A stretch of 63,095 bases of DNA, filler included, from Lenisia limosa (lineage: Eukaryota; Protista; Breviatea): the NCBI GenBank assembly GCA_001655205.1. It is 17 parts of 17 records of this genome, joined end to end, with 100 filler letters (N's around TTAATTAATTAA, not from the genome) between each part and the next. Parts side by side here need not be neighbours in the genome. Positions count along the whole stretch, not along the records: positions 11,884 to 13,135 come from LPNZ01009966.1; positions 13,236 to 15,766 come from LPNZ01003234.1; positions 15,867 to 17,698 come from LPNZ01011110.1; positions 17,799 to 20,017 come from LPNZ01007688.1; positions 20,118 to 22,974 come from LPNZ01010646.1; positions 23,075 to 26,408 come from LPNZ01003916.1; 11 more parts are not named here. One strand, written 5' to 3'. A program made the translations under genes and the position numbers. Shown piece by piece: positions 12,385 through 26,508 of the stretch. Positions within the stretch are counted from its first letter, which is position 1. Each line of letters opens with the position of its first letter. Under the pieces are notes generated by a model. That model was not told the DNA's origin, did not search any database, and was given only the letters and a program-made list of their open reading frames with translations.

Positions 12385-15300
12385 ACACGCGGAAATGGAA
12401 AAGTTGAATGGTGGCAGTGTGGGGGATGAAGCGGATAATAAATATGTACAAATTGAAGTCGCCTCTTCCTCTATAAGTGCACACTGACCACGAAAAGCCC
12501 TGACACGGATTGTGTTTTATCTTTAGTCAATCGTGTCAGGACTCCGGTCACAGTGTGTAGAATTAATGATTTGTTTTGCTTTTGCTTGTAATATTCCTCA
12601 AGTACACAGTCCCTCATATTATTTAATGTTCCTACAATAACTATTGTTAAGTTACCGATTTTTTAAAACTGTTTCATGACTATCCAATTTCACTCCAATG
12701 TGCTAATTCCCCAAACCCCAAACCCACCTCCACATCTTCGCTCAGCTCCTCCTCTACAACAGCTTCCTCAGGCTCCTGGAGGCGTAAATATGGAAAATGT
12801 TGGGGGAGGGGGTACAACAAAGTCTCTATTTAAACAAGGACTTTGGAGATTAAGTCTCTATTGCAACATGGATCATTAAGATCAGGGGAGGGGCGAGGAG
12901 TAAAATTTGATAAAACACAAACTCAACTCAGTGGCTAAACCTTTAGGAACCACAAGAGAGTTCGTCGAATGACAATAGAACAGCAAAACGAAAACTCTCT
13001 CTAAATAACTCCAACCATCATGTGCTCAAAACAATACTGTGACCGGGATTAGTCTTGACCGATTTGTTATGTGATTTCCCAAGGAAAATCGGTCAAGACT
13101 TCACGGTCACAGTACATGAGCTTTTACTTGCTCCGNNNNNNNNNNNNNNNNNNNNNNNNNNNNNNNNNNNNNNNNNNNNTTAATTAATTAANNNNNNNNN
13201 NNNNNNNNNNNNNNNNNNNNNNNNNNNNNNNNNNNCGAAAATGCACTTGTCCTTTTCAGCGGTATGGAACCCGAAGGGGTTTGAATGGCCTGGGGGGGTG
13301 GGGGTGGGGTGTATAAACTTGGGGATTTAACAGAGGGTTAAAACGGTCTAGCGGTTATTCAGAAGTTGTGCGTGTGTGTGTGGGTAAACTTGGAAAAGAT
13401 TCCTTCCACCCTACCAAGAGGTCTCTGCTTGCATTTCCTATTTGAAGCATCGGGGGAGTCATCTGCAGGGGTAAAATAACAAGAAAAAAGAAAGATCGTG
13501 CATTCAGGATGCTGTTTAAGGTATATCTGGGGGGATAAATTTGGTCCAACCGAAGCTATTAGGTATATTATTACCCCCCCCCCACACAAATAACGTCTCT
13601 GTTTCCCCAATTAACTCGTTTCTATACCCCCAAACAGGTAGTGGTATTAACGTCTCTCAACCCCCCAACAAGTAGTGGTATTAACGTCTCTGTACCCCCC
13701 AACAAGTAATGGTATTAACTCGTCTCTGGCGATTCCGGCCAAACGTGAGCCACGACCTGATCCCCTGGTTGCTAGTGGCCAAATGTTGGTCTTCCTGGAG
13801 GAGGTCTAGTGGTCTGGGGAGGTTTGTGAGGCGAAGGGAAGGGGAATTTCTAGTGGTCTTGGGGAGTAGAAATGGAAAAAAAATAATCAACTAAACTACT
13901 ACTCCCCCCCCCACAAAGCTTTTGGCCGCAAACGGACTTGAACAATTGGCGCTCGAGTGGATAAAATATCGTCAAGGTCCTCATATCTAATGGGTGAGGA
14001 ATACAATAATACAATCAAGATTCTCGGATGTATTGGCATTTATTACTTAAACCAATTGTGGATAAGATCTTTGTATTTACATATACAGTGACCGGGATAA
14101 GTCTTGACCGATTTGTAAAATTTTCAAGGAAAATACGTCAAGACTCTCCCGGTCTCTGTGGAAAAGTATGTTAAGTTACTCGTATTTATATATGATATGA
14201 TGTGGGTCAAAATAAAAGTACTAGTGTGTATTGGTTTTGGAAACATATCGCTTTTTCGGGTCACATGTGGGAACTAACATTTTACACATGGTGACATGAC
14301 CTCATATCCACTCGTGTGAAAACTGACCGACAAGTCTCAATGATACTCTGATACACTCGGGATAAATCATCATGTTATTCGTTCATCATTTCGACTCGAA
14401 ATTTGGAAATCATTTCACTAGCTTATGGATATGGGTCAACATATCACAATTCACAAAGTGATAGTGTTATAAACTTCTAATTGTCTTGAGACGCCTCTGA
14501 TTGGCGTCTCAAGCTGGGTTAAATAAAACGTCCATTGTATGCATCTTCAAAGTCCCCCCCCCCCCAACAAATNNNNNNNNNNNNNNNNNNNNNNNNNNNN
14601 NNNNNNNNNNNNNNNNNNNNNNNNNNNNNNNNNNNTCCTGCAATGGGGGTATGTTGCGAGTACCTCCCGTGGACTGCACGTGACTCCAGGGTTTCCTATG
14701 GTGGTAAGGAGGGAAATTGGGACTACCTGCAAAACAAAACTGACAATAACAATTACTTGAAAGAGTTTCAATAGCCCCCTCACCTTCCCTCCATATTACT
14801 CATAATATTAATTAACAATAAAAGGTGCCATTGCCATTGTGTAGCAGGGCGAAGTATGGGGTGTTACTTGCTCCCAAAAATAAAAGCAATATAGATAAAT
14901 CGATAGAAAACAAAAGAGAAAGGTTGGAAATAATGTTGTTAGTTAATGGGGAGAAATATGTGAGAGAGAAGAAAAGAAATTGGCGAATATTTGATACAAG
15001 AAACAGTATCAGAGTACTGACTGAAGAGCTTGGTTTGGTCCTAAGAACAATCATTTTTTCAGACAACTGATTATGTTACCTATGCTTTAGTGGATTCTGT
15101 GGGGTCCTCTTCCCACGCTGACGGTCAGGTTATGTTTAAATATTGATATCACTTTGTCCTTGTTCTTCGTTTTAACTTGTAGGATTCACAAAGTATGTTT
15201 GCATTACGTTACCAATGTAGCACCGTCGTTTTCTATATCGAAGCTCGAGATGTTCACCGCCGCTGTTTCTGGCGATAAATTATAGTTTGTTCAATTTGAT

Positions 15301-15766
15301 TGGCATGTTCACAAGAAATGTTCAATCCTCCCCCTATCATGAATGAGGTGACCCCTACTTCAAGTTGAGATTGATGTGACTCGCAAAATCAGCTACAATT
15401 CTGGCAGGCTTCATTATTAACGTACTCATTGAACTGAACGTATACCCCATGAACGAAATCTGAGAAAAAGAATAATTACCAGCCGGCCCTCTTTGGCGGC
15501 GAACTGACTTGGTATTGTTATAAGTTGGGATTTGGGCTTCACTTCGGTTGTTCGAAAAAGACCGGTAAAATATCGGTAGTTTCGAAGAATTATCGAGAAA
15601 TTCAGTCTGCTGTCCGAACCGAAGTGAAGCCCTTGTTGGAATTCCCATGATTTTCCGTATACATGTCAGAAGCCAGACCACCTTCTTCGGTGCTTTCACG
15701 GGGGACACAGGGGGAGCAGGCTCGAAGAGGGACATCAGGTCGGACGTTGCTTTCGTACGTGGAGGG
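12385..15766. other. Unassigned exon-like fragments on both strands
   Basis: Short AG/GT-bounded open segments, e.g. minus 12385-12468, 13412-13462, 13720-13810, 15680-15766 and plus 14636-14702. No recognisable family. Confidence 0.3.
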
Positions 15767-17814
15767 NNNNNNNNNNNNNNNNNNNNNNNNNNNNNNNNNN
15801 NNNNNNNNNNTTAATTAATTAANNNNNNNNNNNNNNNNNNNNNNNNNNNNNNNNNNNNNNNNNNNNAGCGCTTTTAATAACGGTTGTTTGGAGATGTGTG
15901 GAGTTGGTAAACGGAATTTTTAATCTACTTTCCCCCCTACCTAGGGTTTCACTTCGGTTCTAAAGACTAAATTTCTCTATAAATCCTCGAAAACTATCGA
16001 TATTTCACCGGTCTTTTTTGAACTGAAGTGAACCCTCTTTTATGTTGTACAATGAAGGGTTCACTTTGTCCCAATTTTACCCCCCCCCCCGACATTCCNN
16101 NNNNNNNNNNNNNNNNNNNNNNNNNNNNNNNNNNNNNNNNNNNNNNNNNNNNNNNNNNNNNNNNNNNNNNNNNNNNNNNNNNNNNNNNNNNNNNNNNNNN
16201 NNNNNNNNNNNNNNNNNNNNNNNNNNNNNNNNNNNNNNNNNNNNNNNNNNNNNNNNNNNNNNNNNNNNNNNNNNNNNNNNNNNNNNNNNNNNNNNNNNNN
16301 NNNNNNNNNNNNNNNNNNNNNNNNNNNNNNNNNNNNNNNNNNNNNNNNNNNNNNNNNNNNNNNGTGTTAATGGAAAGTCACTGTCCAATGTTATATTCTC
16401 TTCAACAGTTATCCAGCCGGCTTTTCAATTGGTTCTGCGCTCTTTGTTTTTTTGTTTATTTTTGTGTGTATGTGTTGTTTTTTGTCTTGTTTTTCTCCTT
16501 TTTGTTTTGTGTGTCTGAGTAGATTGCTGAAGCATTATTACTGAGTCAACAATACGGAATATAGAGTAATCAATGGCACCATTAAACATGAAACCTTCAA
16601 ATTATCACACCACAATTACATTGGTCCTTTTGCAGGATTTGGTTCTGAAATGCTTGAAAATAATAAAAACCTTCTCTCTTCATAATAAAAAGATAACGCC
16701 TTTGCCGTGAGTGCCACAGGTTTGCCAATCATAGACAGTCATCTCCGGTGAAGATCAGATTGAATACGTTGTTTAGTGACGCTGTGTATTGCTACGAAAC
16801 AGTTAAACCAGGGAGAGGAGAATGCATACCACTGTGGAAAGAAACCCCATTTCCATCCCAACTTTGCTGTGAGTGCCTTGATGCTGTTCTCAACAGACAG
16901 GAGGTGATAGGAACAAACATTGCTTGTTTCGTAATACATGAAACATAGCCTTGGACGATTCGAGCCACGTTTCGAAATTTTGACTGACTGACTGCTCTTG
17001 TTGCTGTCCACTTCTCTATAGTAAACCTTCAGTAATCATTGACTGAGTCTCAATAGGTTTTGTTTTGTTTTATAACACATCATCAGATATATTTTGTTTA
17101 TTTTTTTACTTTGTTACTTTTTTATTTTGTTTTTTAAAAAAAAAACAAATCTCGCCATCTCACCTCTTAGGACTGATTTGTCCCTTCGATAATCCTATTT
17201 ATTAGCTTCAGCAGAGTGGCTGTGTATGTCTTGTATTTTTAATGGTCAATTATGTTACTATGTTGCATAGGTCTCTGTGCAATTACTCTTTTGGACAAAT
17301 TGACAAATGTGAAGGAAGTTTCAGAAATGGAGTTCTTGACTGATATGCGTCTTGATAAATTTTGATTTTCCAATTGCCCAGAAAAAATCCTATCTCTAAC
17401 AATTGTTGTAATAACAATGCTCATTGTTCCTCTGTATCAATCCAATATGTATGGCAAAAAATGATGTGGTCTATAATAGTAATCTTCAAGATTTCATCAT
17501 TGACAAATAATCCATGTAATAGAAATCGGAAGAATTTGGATTCACAAATATTCAGAAGTTGATTCGCGAGGCAGCTTGGGAAAACCTATAATTTACATTA
17601 AACCTTTAAACTAAATATAATACAACTCTACACACCTAGAAATACCCTCAATATTCCGAAACAAAATCCGACGAGCTCGGTTCAGAGTAGCCACTTATNN
17701 NNNNNNNNNNNNNNNNNNNNNNNNNNNNNNNNNNNNNNNNNNTTAATTAATTAANNNNNNNNNNNNNNNNNNNNNNNNNNNNNNNNNNNNNNNNNNNNCC
17801 CCCCCCCCCCCCAC

Positions 17815-19298
17815 AGTCACAATAAAGCCTGCATGATCATCGTCAGTCGTCACCATTCCGACTGTTGATGTATACGTCTCACGACGGGCGGTTGTTGCCT
17901 GAGGGTTAGAATAGAGCCAAAATGGAGGGTTACAATTTGGGCACCTTGCAATTAATTGCCGCAATTATGGCAATTAATGTTGAATTAATTGCCCTAGTTA
18001 GAATAGAGACAAAATGGAGGGTCTAAAACGTTTTGAATTGGATGTTTTGCAGACAGGTCTCTCTTCCCCCCTTACGAAAACGAGTAATTCTTTTTTTTTT
18101 GTTTTTACCAAGAATCAGCTGGAAAATAGCTCCCCCCCCCCTCCCCATAAATAGTGACATTTTATTGGTTTCCAGAACTCTGGTCAAATTTAACAAATTT
18201 TAATACCCCCGTTACAGTGAACGTGACAATAAATGATTGATCTCCATCTTCATAATCATCGTCCACTCCTGCCACCTGTACTGGTAAGGGGGAAGTAGAG
18301 GAACGTGCATTTTGATATACTATCACTTAGAGACAAATAAACCATAACGAACAGAGACAGGAGTGAAATGATACGGACAATACCACCTATTGAACTGTCA
18401 CCCAGAAAACGCCCACATACATGAACAAGTTGGCACACATCGGCGTCGTCAGACTCAAGAGTAACTTGCTCCTCAAGCACAATTCCCTCACCCGTGTCAC
18501 TGGACGCTGTGTTTACTACAACCTAAACAGGAATTACGCCATGACTTGTAACAAACTGAGGAAGNNNNNNNNNNNNNNNNNNNNNNNNNNNNNNNNNNNN
18601 NNNNNNNNNNNNNNNNNNNNNNNNNNNNNNNNNNNNNNNNNNNNNNNNNNNNNNNNNNNNNNNAGCGATGATGGCAGCGTCGCCATTCTGCTCAGCAATA
18701 TGGTTGGAGGGCCAGCCGGGGGATGTCACGAAGGGAGACTGGGGGGAGTAAAACGAAGGAACTTTCGATGAAGAATGTGATAATGGATAACAGACCCCAC
18801 AGTGACACTATCATCGTCAAGACGGAACCCCCCCCCCCCCNNNNNNNNNNNNNNNNNNNNNNNNNNNNNNNNNNNNNNNNNNNNNNNNNNNNNNNNNNNN
18901 NNNNNNNNNNNNNNNNNNNNNNNNNNNNNNNNNNNNNNNNNNNNNNNNNNNNNNNNNNNNNNNNNNNNNNNNNNNNNNNNNNNNNGCTGTCGGAACCGCG
19001 AAATACACCGCATCCGTACTAGCGGTAACTGTGTGTCGTACCTCTTGCCATATGGGGCCTGTGGCGGAGGCATCGTCAATTGCCTAATATGGTAAGTGCG
19101 GCCATTTATCGCCTTCCGTATATAGAAAACATCAGGATTTATTTGCCAATAACGCCCCCAATAAGCACGCACCTGAAGGGTGACGTCCTTCGGGATATTC
19201 CAGTCGCTGGCGTCGAAGGAGAGCGATGAGGGCGACACGTCAGCTTGGTCTGCCGGGAATGTCGTAAGAGACACCTGGGGGTGTGAGGTGAGTAAAAT

Positions 19299-19350
<52 letters not shown>

Positions 19351-19870
19351 GTGAGAGTGAGAAACACTGGAAGGACATGCGGAGCTAAACACAACAAGAA
19401 GCCGAAATAAACATTCAACCGACTATCCCCCCCACCTGTACCCCCGCGGTCGGCTTGGAAGCGAGTGTCACCGTATACGACATAGAACGCCGATCGAAGG
19501 CCTCACTGATGTACACCCNNNNNNNNNNNNNNNNNNNNNNNNNNNNNNNNNNNNNNNNNNNNNNNNNNNNNNNNNNNNNNNNNNNNNNNNNNNNNNNNNN
19601 NNNNNNNNNNNNNNNNNNNNNNNNNNNNNNNNNNNNNNNNNNNNNNNCTCTGTGATGGTGGTGATGGAGTGATGTGTAGCTAAAAAGGAGAGAGATGGGG
19701 GTTATGATGGGGGATGCAAAGGATCTCTTTAAACGTAAACCACACATAACAATTATTCAGTCATAGACAACACCACAACAGACCTGGGCAATTGAAGGGA
19801 CGATAGCAGCCTCATCATCATCAATGTTGATCATGGGTAGAGCTGCACCCATTGCTACGAGGTCCTGGTA
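17815..19870 (-). CDS. Protein with tandem Calx-beta/bacterial-adhesin-like beta-sandwich repeats, partial
   Basis: Stitched exons: NIDDDEAAIVPS; SYTVTLASKPTAGVQ; VSPSSLSFDASDWNIPKDVTLQ; VRHTVTASTDAVY; VVVNTASSDTGEGIVLEEQVTLESDDADVCQLVHVAGVDDDYEDGDQSFIVTFTVTGATTARRETYTSTVGMVTTDDDHAGFIVT. Confidence 0.72.
19300..19346. repeat. (GA)n microsatellite
   Basis: Directly visible perfect GA run in an intron. Confidence 0.95.
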
Positions 19871-20117
19871 CTATCGGGGTAAGATGGGAGAAATCTGTAT
19901 ATATATATATGATATGTACACGCACAGTGCCCAGGATAAGTTGTGACCGATTTGCTATGTGATTCCCAAAGGAAAATAGGTCAAGACTTATCCCGGTCAC
20001 TGTACATATCATATGAANNNNNNNNNNNNNNNNNNNNNNNNNNNNNNNNNNNNNNNNNNNNTTAATTAATTAANNNNNNNNNNNNNNNNNNNNNNNNNNN
20101 NNNNNNNNNNNNNNNNN

Positions 20118-20238
20118 CATAAACAAATAAAACATCCTCATCATAAACAAATAAAACATCCTCATCATAAACAAATAGAACATCCTCATCATAAACAAAT
20201 AAAACATCCTCATCATAAACAAATAAAACATCCTCATC
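20118..20238. repeat. 24-bp tandem repeat (CATAAACAAATAAAACATCCTCAT)x5+
   Basis: Five near-identical units flanked by N gaps, so the array is probably longer. Confidence 0.92.
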
Positions 20239-20939
20239 NNNNNNNNNNNNNNNNNNNNNNNNNNNNNNNNNNNNNNNNNNNNNNNNNNNNNNNNNNNNNN
20301 NNNNNNNNNNNNNNNNNNNNNNNNNNNNNNNNNNNNNNNNNNNNNNNNNNNNNNNNNNNNNNNNNNNNNNNNNNNNNNNNNNNNNNNNNNNNNNNNNNNN
20401 NNNNNNNNNNNNNNNNNNNNNNNNNNNNNNNNNNNNNNNNNNNNNNNNNNNNNNNNNNNNNNNNNNNNNNNNNNNNNNNNCTGTTGGAGAAAAGAAATGC
20501 CCAATCGTAGGAATCAGGCGTCTTGGATTTATTATCTCTTTGGGCTTCACTTAGGTTCGAAAAAGACCGGTACAATATCGATAGTTTTCGAAGATTTGTC
20601 GAGAAATTCGGTATTTTTTTCGAACCGAAGTAAAGCCCTAATTGCAAGTCGATGGGTTCTTGGATTTTTCATTCAACTAATCAGATGGCTTCAAACAAGT
20701 GAATTCCTATTATGAATTTCTTTCTGGTGTTTTTCTCTCGCAAATCTGACGCAAAATCATGAAATTTGTCCCAATTTCAACGCTATTCACTCATAATTTA
20801 CGCATAATTTCCTCCAATCTTACACAAAACCACGCAAATCTTACCCCGCAGATGCAAATCCTCCACAACATCAGCACAATTATTGAAAACACTCATAAAC
20901 ATGACCTAAACGCCAATTTACGCCAATCTCACCCCGCAG

Positions 20940-22758
20940 ACGCACCTTGCAAGCTACGGATGCGTCGGGTTTCAAAGTATGCAGCTGGAAGCCGACTATT
21001 CCTCCGTCCGCGGCCCCAACCAATCTACCCCGAAACTGGCAGTGACGCTCGTTTTCTTACTATGGGCGGTGTTCCACCTGCGATACTCCGCAGCTATTAT
21101 GCCTGTCACCACCGCCATGATTGCGATTTGGGCTTCTTGTCTNNNNNNNNNNNNNNNNNNNNNNNNNNNNNNNNNNNNNNNNNNNNNNNNNNNNNNNNNN
21201 NNNNNNNNNNNNNNNNNNNNNTAAGTCTTGACCGATTTTCCTTGGAAATTCAGATAGCAAATCGGCCAAAACCTATCCCGGTCACTGCACATGAGTCAAT
21301 TAATGCATTTTGAACTTTTTAAATAGTATACAGTGAAGTCTTGACCGATTTGCTGTGATATACAGTGACTAGGATCATTCTTGACCGATTTGCTATTTGA
21401 TTTCCCAAGGAATATCGGTCAAGACTTCTCCTGGTCACAGTGTATAATGTGTATATATAGTACATCTATATTGATCTTTTATTGTTGAAAATAAACCTCG
21501 CACACCCTACAGATTAAATAGCAATTTTTTCCGAACGTCAAATATTTGGCCGGCGGTTGGAGAGAATTGTCACGGATATCCGAACATCAACTTTCGGTGA
21601 CGTCATATTTTTATTATGAAACTCAGAATTGTTGTTCTCTTATCTCAATAATAACTACTTTTAATACACTAAATCTCAATCACGCAAGTTACGCTCGTTT
21701 TCAGATATTTTTGTTCTTCGACCGAGCCAGGTTCTCCAACCGCAACCTGCTTTAAGCATTGACAAAAACCCCACTCACTCCTTTCCACCATTATTTTCAC
21801 CAGTGATGGGAAGCGACTAGCCTGGGTTTTGTTTGTTTTGTTGTTNNNNNNNNNNNNNNNNNNNNNNNNNNNNNNNNNNNNNNNNNNNNNNNNNNNNNNN
21901 NNNNNNNNNNNNNNNNNNNNNNNNNNNNNNNNNNNNNNNNNNNTTTCATAAATTTTCCTCTTTCACTCCCCCTCCCAGAAGCGAGTGGCCTAGGCTTTGT
22001 TTGTTTTATGTTTTCTCAACCCTCGTGTGTTGATTTCGGGCTTTTTTGTTTCATATAATCCAATTGTACCAACAGAGTTGGCCTTTTTTTGTTTCATAAA
22101 TTTTCAATTTTACCCCCCCCCCCCCNNNNNNNNNNNNNNNNNNNNNNNNNNNNNNNNNNNNNNNNNNNNNNNNNNNNNNNNNNNNNNNNNNNNNNNNNNN
22201 NNNNNNTCCTCGCGATACTCTTCCCCGTCGTCATCCTCCCTGTCCTGTTCTACTCATACTTAACCCTGGCTGACGATGGGCATCTTGTCTTCACAGAGGC
22301 GCATGAATTGGGTGACAGGGCTTCCCTTTATGGAAACTTCCCTTTCTGGAAACGTCCTTATGGAAGATTATAGTTTATTAGCAACTACCATATGCTTGAT
22401 ATATATACTCTCTGTTGTTGGATACCCCTTTATTTACGTTAAAGTTACCTTTAGAAAAAGAGTGAATTCTCGATATATACTTTTCAGGTGTCTCGGAAAC
22501 GAAAGTGAAGCTCTAGTTACCTTTTATGGAAGGTTGTATTTCCTACTTTTCTTGGAACCCTCTCAATACATTTTATGGAACCTTCCCTCTTTGGAACCTT
22601 CCTTTTATAGAAACTTCCTTTTACGGCTTAGTCACGGCCGAATCGAGCTTGATCACGGTGTGCCTCCTGACCTATTTTCTCCCGTACCGCATTAACCAGA
22701 CCATTTACATTATAACGCTCATTGGCGTCACGTTTGTGCTCTTTGCTTTTAGCGCCAA
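20940..22758 (+). CDS. Multi-pass membrane protein fragments, unknown family
   Basis: Hydrophobic exons: KLAVTLVFLLWAVFHLRYSAAIMPVTTAMIAIWASC; LAILFPVVILPVLFYSYLTL; LITVCLLTYFLPYRINQTIYIITLIGVTFVLFAFS. Confidence 0.55.
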
Positions 22759-22789
22759 ATTTGAATGGTCAGCTTGGGTTGTTCCCAAC

Positions 22790-22889
22790 TAGGGCTTCAC
22801 TTCGGTTCGAAAAAATACTGAATTTCTCGATAAATCCTCGAAAACTATCGATATTTTATCGGTCTTTTTTGAACCGAAGTGAAGCCTTA
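22790..22889. mobile_element. hAT-type MITE H1 copy
   Basis: Same TIRs; TSD TTCCCAAC/TTTCCAAC (7/8). Confidence 0.88.
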
Positions 22890-23074
22890 TTTCCAACCCA
22901 CGTTTTCATCAGCCAACAGTGTTGATTTAGGGCTTTTTTTTCTTAAATTGTCCAATTTCACTCCCCCCCCCCCCNNNNNNNNNNNNNNNNNNNNNNNNNN
23001 NNNNNNNNNNNNNNNNNNTTAATTAATTAANNNNNNNNNNNNNNNNNNNNNNNNNNNNNNNNNNNNNNNNNNNN

Positions 23075-26000
23075 AATTCGAACTTCGAAGTGATGGAGCT
23101 GTTCCTGGAGAAAGGAGCACGAATCAACGGGACTTGTTCTAAGGTTTGGGGAGTAAGAAAAAAAAATTATGCTGTTTGTTTTGTTGTTATTAATTCTATC
23201 ATCAGCCAACAGAGTTATTTTGAGCTTTTTGTTTTGTTTTTTTATTTCTAATTTGACCCCCCCCCCCCCNNNNNNNNNNNNNNNNNNNNNNNNNNNNNNN
23301 NNNNNNNNNNNNNNNNNNNNNNNNNNNNNNNNNNNNNNNNNNNNNNNNNNNNNNNNNNNNNNNNNNNNNNNNNNNNNNNNNNNNNAAGATCAAGTTCCTC
23401 GTTTCCAAGGGGGCGAGAATCGAAGCGACCTCGAAGGTAGGCTTTGATGTGTTGAGATGTTGACATGTACAGTGACCGGGTTTTGACCGATTTGCTGATG
23501 ATTTCCCAAGCAAAATCGGTCAAGACTTATCCCGGTCACTGTATATGCATACGTATATTCTACATATTTCCACCACTATGACCATAGAATCAAAGTGTTG
23601 ACCATATCCACTTGATACGATCATATGGCCGATTTCGAGTCGAGATTTTGGCCAATATTCCCCAGCTCACATTTCAGAACGATCAATTTGAGATGTTCGT
23701 CCTCATTGGTAACACGGAGATTGTATCCTACCTCATTAACAGCTCCATTGTGTCTGACGACGAACTCTCTGTGAGCCTCTTGTTTTATCACTCTTCACTA
23801 CTCTTGTTTTTATTTTTATCACTCGACGATTCCCAATAGTATACACTATGGCGCATTGACTTGGTAATCCCAGAAATGTCTTGATATAGTTATATGGCCA
23901 GACTTGCTTCCTAATATCAGCGAGATCAGATCCCAGGGATCTTTTCACTGTAGCAAAATATTCTCCAAATCAATAATCCCTTTTGTATGTCTTATCTTCT
24001 TTAGCGAGGCATTGTGACAAGTATCAGCAACAATAACCTGGATATGCTCAAATGTCTCATTTCCTTCATCCCGAGTGTCAACGATCTGCTTTACAATGTA
24101 TGAAGGATTATTGAGGGGGCGGTGAAGAGTTTTATAACTTTTATTTGACTCATTTTTTGAATATACTATAGTCTGAGGCTTCTTTTACAGATCTAGATTC
24201 AAATACTTCATAGCTGATAACAAATGAAAAGTGCTGCCAAAATACAGTCGAATTGGACATTTGATTATTGTTATCATTCTGACTTGTATTTGACCCTTTT
24301 TTTGCAATATAACAAAAATACAATTGGTGTCATCATCCTTTGTAATAAGATGTAAATATCATGATCTAGGGCGCCCCTGCTTTGTTCAGTGCATGCAAAC
24401 TTGGCCGTATGGAGATTATGAAGTACTTGATTGAAAGAGGAGCTGACCCCTCAATCCAGAGCGAAAAGGTTGGCGCTCAAAAAGAATAAATGTTTGTTGA
24501 AATGGAAAAGGGGGGGGGGGAGATGAAATGAGATTGGGAAAGAAATTCACGTTTGGACCAAACACTGACTGCGATAAGTACCGACACGATTGACTAAGTA
24601 TAAAGCTCAACATCCGTGTCATGACTTATTGCGGGCAATTTTCATTTCGGGGATGACACAGCGAAATAAAACAGCTATTTAGGGATGGTTGCTCTACTGT
24701 TGTAGGCAAATAATTGGGGGAATTAATGTGATTATGCTATTCAATATCTCTAATAAGCGTGATGATGTGGAAGGCTTTGGCAAGATACTATAATCCAATA
24801 TCTCTTATAAGCGTGATGATGTGGACGGCTTCGGCCAGATACAACTTGTTTTTTTCTCTTTTCTCTCATTTCTGTCATTTTTTAGGACTTCATCCAGGGG
24901 GTATTTTAAGGAATTGAAACAGCCTCACTTTTTAGGGGTGGTTGCCCTATGAAGCGGCGGCGGTGAGTGGACAGGCTGAAGTAGCTCACTACATGCTTAT
25001 CAACAACCTTTCTTGCGTAGTGGTATGAGGGATGTTGGGGTTAAAGGTATCTTCTAGTAATATATCATATCATATACTGGTGAAGGTATCTTCTCTATGA
25101 TATAGTGGTGTGAAGGTATGGTTCATATGTGAAATTCTCATAAAATACATGTAATACTCAAAGGCTTCAATTTCAGACGAGCCCTTATCTCAACATTCTC
25201 CGTCATAACTCGAAAACCTCCCTTGTCACCCCCATGTAGAAAAAAGACCAGTTAGAAATGGCCCTTCGTTCCGGCAGTCTCGACAGCGTTAAACACATTC
25301 TTGAGGGGGTCAAATTGAATACACCGATNNNNNNNNNNNNNNNNNNNNNNNNNNNNNNNNNNNNNNNNNNNNNNNNNNNNNNNNNNNNNNNNNNNNNNNN
25401 NNNNNNNNNNNNNNNNNNNNNNNNNNNNNNNNNNNNNNNNNNNNNNNNNNNNNNNNNNNNNNNNNNNNNNNNNNNNNNNNNNNNNNNNNNNNNATATGAT
25501 ATATCATACAGTCTATATGATAAATACACGTATGTAATCACATGTACCTCTCACCACACAGGGCAGAACGCCGCTCCACACAGCGGCCGAGTATGGAACG
25601 GTTGAGATGATCGAATACCTTCTCAACGAGGGCGCCGACATCCATGCACGTGACACCCAGGTGTGTTGGAGTCTACCCCCCCCCCTCTCTCACNNNNNNN
25701 NNNNNNNNNNNNNNNNNNNNNNNNNNNNNNNNNNNNNNNNNNNNNNNNNNNNNNNNNNNNNNNNNNNNNNNNNNNNNNNNNNNNNNNNNNNNNNNNNNNN
25801 NNNNNNNNNNNNNNNNNNNNNNNNNNNNNNNNTTTACCACCTAGGAACATTTTGCTCCCATTCACTTTGCTTGCTTCCAAAAAGAGCCCGCGGTTTTGGA
25901 GTGTCTTCTTTCAAGAGGCGCGTCGAAAGACACGCAAAATGGAAATGTGAGGCTTTTTTTTTTTGTTTTTTGCTTGTTTCTTTTTTGATATAATATTTTT

Positions 26001-26141
26001 TTAGTATTCACAGAATTTTTTTGTATTTTTTTGATATCTTCATCACGCCTGCAGGATATGACTCCTTTGGATATGGCTGTGGAGAAGGGCAATTTGAGAA
26101 TTGTGTCAGTGCTCCTCCAGTCTGGCGCGAAGTTCGACAAA
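23075..26141 (+). CDS. Ankyrin-repeat protein, roughly one repeat per exon, partial
   Basis: GAPALFSACKLGRMEIMKYLIERGADPS; GRTPLHTAAEYGTVEMIEYLLNEGADIHARD; FAPIHFACFQKSPAVLECLLSRGA; DMTPLDMAVEKGNLRIVSVLLQSGA and others. Confidence 0.9.
24741..24845. repeat. Dispersed ~55-bp dimeric repeat (CAATATCTCTTATAAGCGTGATGATGTGGACGGCTTCGGCCAGATAC)
   Basis: Tandem dimer here, at 43445-43540 and at 59395-59505. Partial reverse copies near 45450 and 47215. Confidence 0.8.
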
Positions 26142-26508
26142 GTTGGGAGTTTTATCATAATTCGATTACGTAATTCTCTTTTTATTTACTTTTGAACACA
26201 TGCCAGGATTTCACTTTGGTTCGAAAATAGTTCTGAATTTTTCGATGTAATTTTTCCGGTCTTTTTCGGACCGCAGTGAAGCCCTAGTGTTTTGATTGCT
26301 TCTTTTTTTTGGACTGTCCTGTACCCCCCGCCTTATTTGATCACCCCCCCCCCTCACGCGCTCTCATTATTACTGACTATATTTGCGTTTGTTTCATCTT
26401 TTTTTTTTNNNNNNNNNNNNNNNNNNNNNNNNNNNNNNNNNNNNNNNNNNNNTTAATTAATTAANNNNNNNNNNNNNNNNNNNNNNNNNNNNNNNNNNNN
26501 NNNNNNNN

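Noticed and set aside
20118-20238. CRISPR-like regular repeat, and ORFs DEDVLFVY / MMRMFYLF
   Set aside because: There are no unique spacers and no cas genes. It is a simple 24-bp tandem repeat whose translation creates spurious ORFs.
20759-21313. 184-aa plus-strand ORF (MKFVPIST...)
   Set aside because: It is mostly intronic AT-rich sequence. The likely coding exon is in another frame (hydrophobic TM segment at 20940-21142).
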